From Octopus sinensis (lineage: Eukaryota), in contig NW_021836486.1 in assembly GCF_006345805.1 (NCBI RefSeq), forward strand, positions 1 to 24,075: 24,075 bases of DNA, in the 5' to 3' direction. Under the pieces are notes generated by a model, which did not search any database, was not told the origin of the DNA, and was given only the letters and a program-made list of their open reading frames with translations. Numbering within the stretch: the stretch's first letter is position 1; each line of letters starts with the position of its first letter. A program made the translations under genes and the position numbers. Positions 19,912-24,075 of this stretch are shown here, one piece after another.

Positions 19912-21351
19912 ATGGCTGAAAAATTAGAAATCTAAAAATTAGTATGAAAAAAATCAATAATTGATTATTTATTTTAGTAGAATCACATTATTTTTTATTT
20001 AAAAAGCGTGAAACATGCGTGTAGTGAGATATTTAAGGAAACACTGGACAAAATCAAAGAAATGAAAGACTCCAACTTTGATACATCGTCAATCGAGCGG
20101 CATGAGCGATACAGGCTCACAAATTTGGGAAAGAATTTCCATTTTGAAAATGGAAAAACATATTTTCGAAAAAATGGGCTTAAATTGCGTTTTTTCTGTG
20201 AAGATGAAATCGAATTAAAGCTTAAGTGCGTTGAGGTCCAACTTAATAAATAAAATTTAGGCGGAACATAACTATAACCACTTTGGGAGAGACCGGCTTT
20301 TTTCGAAATTAAGAAATCTCTATTGGGATTGAATAGAGAAGAAATCTCTAAGGTGATTTCGAATTGTGCTTTCTGTCAGGTAATAACTCCTTTTAGTAAA
20401 TATTCTTAGTCGAAAAAATTATTGTCTACGAAGCCTCCGATTACGCCAATCATTTCAAGGAGATGTAGGGACAGATACATTGCGGATTTAATTGACCTCA
20501 GAAGATATTCGGTTGAATGATGGCTTTAGCTGGGTATGAATTTAATGTTAATATAGATTTTGGTAATTGTGGATTCTTTTTCCAAATATGTAATGCTTGA
20601 ACTGTCGGTGACCAAATCTTCTGAAAAATCGCAGATTTATTCCAAAATTTTTTTATTATGTCGGGCCTCCGCTTATTCTACACACTGATAATGGAAGGGA
20701 ATTTTGCAATTCGCAAATGGATGCTCTATGTACGAAATATGGTATAAAACATGTACGTGGGAGGCCTCGTGCTCCTTGGGTACAAGGGCAAGTCGAAAGG
20801 TTAATGATTTAAAATCGATTTGTAGATTTAATCAAAGCATAAAACGCTGGATATCGTCGGCAAGTTCTTCTCAAAATTGTTTTGGACGATATCGCGAATG
20901 CATAAAGGACATCGTGTATGATTACAATAACAGCATTCATTCTTCGACAAAAAAATCCCTTTTTATATATTCATGGGTTGAAAATCCTGGAAGGATTGAT
21001 GAAGGGGGAATGGAGCAACTTTTAGCCTATGATTCAACTGGATTATCAGAGGCACGAGAAAGTGCATTAGAAAACTTAATTATTGCTGGCGAAAAAATGA
21101 TTGAAAAAAGAAAATGGAGATACGACGAAGAAAATATCAATGTCGGACGACTGTGCTTTTAAGGTCTTAAGCGTCAAATTATTTTTAGACAGGACAACGA
21201 TGCCAATGTTCGGCAGTATCCGCTGTACGATGGACTTGATGTTAATAAGTATATTGTTGTCGAGCGAAGAAATGATCTCTATGTTATCGAAAAGGAGGAC
21301 GGTGAGCGGTTACACGGAATTCATATTTCTCGATTAGCTAAAATTGATTAA
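19912..21351 (+). CDS. HHCC + DD35E integrase-like transposase, multi-exon, with a few 1-bp indels; start uncertain
   Basis: Spliced product contains EHNYNHFGRDR...CAFCQ, KPPITPII, RYIADLID, WILVIVDSFSKY, GPPLILHTDNGREFCN, GRPRAPWVQGQVERFNQSIK, YNNSIHSSTKKS and TVLLRQDND, ending ISRLAKID*. Confidence 0.85.
20236..20260 (+). other. 25-nt intron
   Basis: GTCCAACTTAATAAATAAAATTTAG joins CVE|AEHNYNH. Confidence 0.8.
20380..20409 (+). other. 30-nt intron
   Basis: GTAATAACTCCTTTTAGTAAATATTCTTAG ends in an in-frame TAG. Removal joins CAFCQ|SKKLLSTKPP. Confidence 0.8.
20534..20556 (+). other. 23-nt intron
   Basis: GTATGAATTTAATGTTAATATAG joins DGFSW|ILVIVDSFSKY. Confidence 0.85.
20800..20825 (+). 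other. 26-nt intron
   Basis: GTTAATGATTTAAAATCGATTTTGTAG region. Removal restores the conserved QGQVER|FNQ. Confidence 0.85.
21164..21188 (+). other. 25-nt intron
   Basis: GTCTTAAGCGTCAAATTATTTTTAG joins TVLLR|QDNDAN. Confidence 0.65.
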
Positions 21352-24075
21352 TTTTCATAAATCCATAATAAAAATAATTTTTTATTTAAATTAACGATAA
21401 ATTTTATATGAAAATTTATTAGATAACCTAAAATGGAATAACAATATTCAAACGTATAAGTTAACTGCGTAAATTGAGTGTGGTTGGTTTTTTATATAAA
21501 TTAGTAAAAAAGGTTAATGAATTTTACATTAAAAATCATATTTTAATAATAATTAACATTTTTTTTGTGTAAATTTTTAATTCAGTAAAATTAAAGAATG
21601 TAATTATTCGGCGTGTATTTTATTCGGACTGTGACAGAATATGTTAACATATTGGGATCTTCCTGGTTATTTCAAGTTTTGGAAACACGGAATTAAGGAT
21701 CCTGCTTAGAGGATCTAATACCATAACACAAATAGTAAAGGAGACAATGAGTCTCCCTGTAAAATTCCTCGGTTAACTAACTTCACTGATCCCATTCTTC
21801 TACCTTCCATATGCAGCTTTACTGCCCACTTCTTAACTACGCTCTTCCAAAGTTTACGATCCAAAGCGGGATTCCAGAACAATCCAAAACGTGAAACAAA
21901 AAATCATGATCAACTGAGTCATATGCTTTCTTCACATCGACCCAAGCAGAATAAAGGCCATTCCCGTACTCCTTGTTCAAACATTGGTTAATGAAAGCTT
22001 GCTCCTTGGCGCCTTGACAATACTTCCTCGTTCCAAGTTGTTTGTCTGAAATTAGGCCAAATGCCTCGACAAAATCAGCCAGTTTTACATTAACACATTT
22101 GGTGACAAGTTTATACATGTCGGCATACACGTTATAGGACGTAAGTCCTTCAGGGTCTCACAATCATCTTTTTTAGGAATCAAATATGTTATTCCAGTGT
22201 AAAACCAACTTTCAGGCATGTACTCTCCATTAATTATTCGGGTTATCTCGTGACACAGAATCCATGTAATGACTCCATCTTCTTAATGAAAAAGTTATCT
22301 ATCCCATCACATCCACATGCCTTCCAGTCAGGAAGATAGTTAATAACATTCCAAAACTCTTCCGTAAACTCTGGAAGCATATGTTCAGCACAAGTAGTTC
22401 GTTTTCCAACAACGTCATAAGATTGAGGCCTCTCATTTCTCTCGCTCCAGACTTTTTGCCAAAAAGAGACACATTCTTCATCATCAAATCCATACAGCGT
22501 CACTTCCTCTCTTTCTTTGTTAAGTCTCGATAGAATCTTTTTCGATTTAATTCAAAGCACTGATTATCCTTACGAAATTTCTTCTTCCTTGAATTATGAA
22601 CTTCTATTTTCTTATTGTTAATCCTAATCAGGTCTTGCAATAATATCTGAATCCTCGACAGCTCACCTTTCTTAGTTTTCTTATACCCATAGCGACAGAG
22701 AACATCCATTACCTTTTGCTTTTCAGATGGAGGTAGTGTTTGATTGGAATGGGAATTAACAATTTCCAATTCTGCAGATAATTTTGAAATTTTCTTTTCA
22801 ATATTTTCTACCCATGTGCTCTGTGCTTTGTCTCTCATGGTTAGAGATAAATACGCACATTGAGGCAGCATATAGAATATCAGAAATGCTATTGATATCA
22901 TTAGGATGATTATCTTTCGTAATATAATATATCGCCGAATTCAATCCTGTCAATATATCAGTTTTCAAATATTTATTTTGAATTTTTGGTTGGTTTACGT
23001 GAATCCCTTGGAATCGATTCAATATTCTTAATTTGTATATTCAACTCTTCTAGACACTTTCTAAAAGTGGAAATTTCTGAGCTCTCAAGAAATTGCTTCT
23101 GATGGCAATTGCTTCCATAATTATTATCCACTCTCATTGGTTTAACCATTCCTTTGAGTTGACTGAGACTTGCACTCTTCGAGAATTTTGAATTAAACTT
23201 CTCACGGATAAGGTTCCATCCACCTCTGGTATCCTCCCAATTCTTTGCTTCGTGCATAAACAATCTGAGGCACCCACTCAGCTTCAGAAACACAAATAGC
23301 ATCATCGATAATGGCCGAAAGGGAATGCAAGTTAGTTGGGATAGTAGGATTCCCCAGCAATTGGATTGTCATGATACTAGTCCTTGTGCTGTTATCCCCC
23401 CAGAGACGACACTCTCTGCACTTGTTATGTTATTTTTATCCTTTTTCGCAGGAAGGCCCCTAGGATTCGATTTCCTCATATCATTAGGAACGGACATGCA
23501 CAACACACAAACAACTTTTTTTTTTCATATTATATAAATAAATGACATTTTTTAAAAGTGTAATATAATAATTATTTGATTTTTTCAAATTGTGTTTCTA
23601 GGATAAAAATTAACACATTTTAAACTTTTATAAATTGACCTAAGTCAATTTTGTTGAATAGGAAATGGAACAATTTTCTTTATTTTTGTTTTTTCAAAAA
23701 ACTTAAATAGATGATTATTCTTTAACTCCAGTATCAGGGAATTTGTATAAAGAAAAGTCCACAACAAAGAAGAAAAATTGAAACTAGTAAAGATTGAACT
23801 TTTCCTTGAGAGAACGTTTAATATCGCTCTTTCTATTGGGTATGGTGAAGGTTTGCAATCTACTGTTATTAAATAATTGGAGAGAATTTTTTACGGAAGG
23901 TTGCTAAAAGAACTGACATCTCTATAAGGCTCAACCCAAATAAAATATTTTAAAAGAATGTCAATGTCCACTGAACGAATCACGCCGTTGAATGGACCAA
24001 TATAAAAATGTCATTTTAATCAATTCTATCCATATAAAATATGTTTTATTTTTTTCTAAATATGTCTTGAGTCCC

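Larger units (their letters stand above)
19864..21636 (+). mobile_element. Integrase-type (Ginger/GingerRoot/KRBA2-SCAND3-like) DNA transposon, complete
   Basis: 33/34-bp TIRs TGTGACAGTCC-AATAAAATACACGCCGAATAAT / ATTATTCGGCGTGTATTTTATTCGGACTGTGACA. TSD GAATATG at 19857-19863 and 21637-21643. Removing the element restores the host RT frame DPNMLTYSTNHLL. Confidence 0.93.
18186..23497 (-). pseudogene. RT-REL polyprotein, frameshifted and split by a DNA transposon
   Basis: Motifs WKACGCDGIDNFFIKK, LRPITC, QLGTRKYCQGAKEQ, WVDVKKAYDSVDH, GILQGDSLSPLLFVL, NHLLFIDDLK (needs indel correction), YRYLG, ERLYLNRKALGRGL, CNHCKKSKKTVDHMATQC, RRHNEVV, KPDI, LIEVGIT and EKCHKYD. Confidence 0.9.
18141..23523 (-). 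mobile_element. Apparently full-length R4/Dong-like REL-endonuclease non-LTR retrotransposon (about 3.6 kb), interrupted at 19864-21643
   Basis: Single-ORF architecture: Myb-like region, RT, CCHC, PD-(D/E)xK. Flanked by TTCATATTATATCAATAA (18123-18140) and TTCATATTATATAAATAA (23524-23541). Confidence 0.9.

Noticed and set aside
19864-21636. Gypsy LTR retrotransposon or Polinton integrase fragment
   Set aside because: The element is bounded by its own TIRs and TSD, contains introns, and has no LTR, gag, RT or polB.
156-23537. Many short ORFs in the track (e.g. 156..473, 2111..2419, 5260..5604, 8807..9034, 17138..17341, 19557..19766, 23325..23537)
   Set aside because: They are antisense or off-frame shadows of TE coding regions.
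13696-24075. Non-standard genetic code (TAA/TAG = Gln), suggested by host-like frames with sparse TAR stops and by Paramecium-sized introns
   Set aside because: Gln codons checked in the intron-bearing integrase and other TEs are CAR. The Merlin, pogo, integrase and CRE ORFs end in TAA/TAG at family-typical positions. Micro-introns or decay explain the stops. A conserved host gene would be needed to exclude it fully.

Overview
AT-rich eukaryotic DNA made up mostly of nested and decayed transposable elements. I found no rRNA, tRNA, CRISPR array or intact recognisable host gene. Class I elements: APE/RT LINEs (1-930; 1958-6305; a related copy at 13130-13690), at least six CRE-like RT/REL-endonuclease fragments, and an apparently full-length R4/Dong-like REL retrotransposon (18141-23523) with a probable 18-bp TSD. 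Class II elements: a Merlin (8-bp TSD), two IR/DR Tc1 elements, a pogo/Tigger, a SPIN/Charlie-type hAT (8-bp TSD) and a possible Helentron-type non-autonomous element. The most striking feature is an integrase-type (HHCC + DD35E, KRBA2/SCAND3/Ginger-like) DNA transposon at 19864-21636. It has TGT...ACA TIRs, a 7-bp TSD and five 23-30-nt GT-AG introns. Similar tiny introns occur in the pogo transposase and probably in host-gene remnants, so the host appears to be a tiny-intron eukaryote using the standard code. Many frameshifts are single-base indels in homopolymers and may be assembly errors. All family assignments come from manual motif reading, not database searches.
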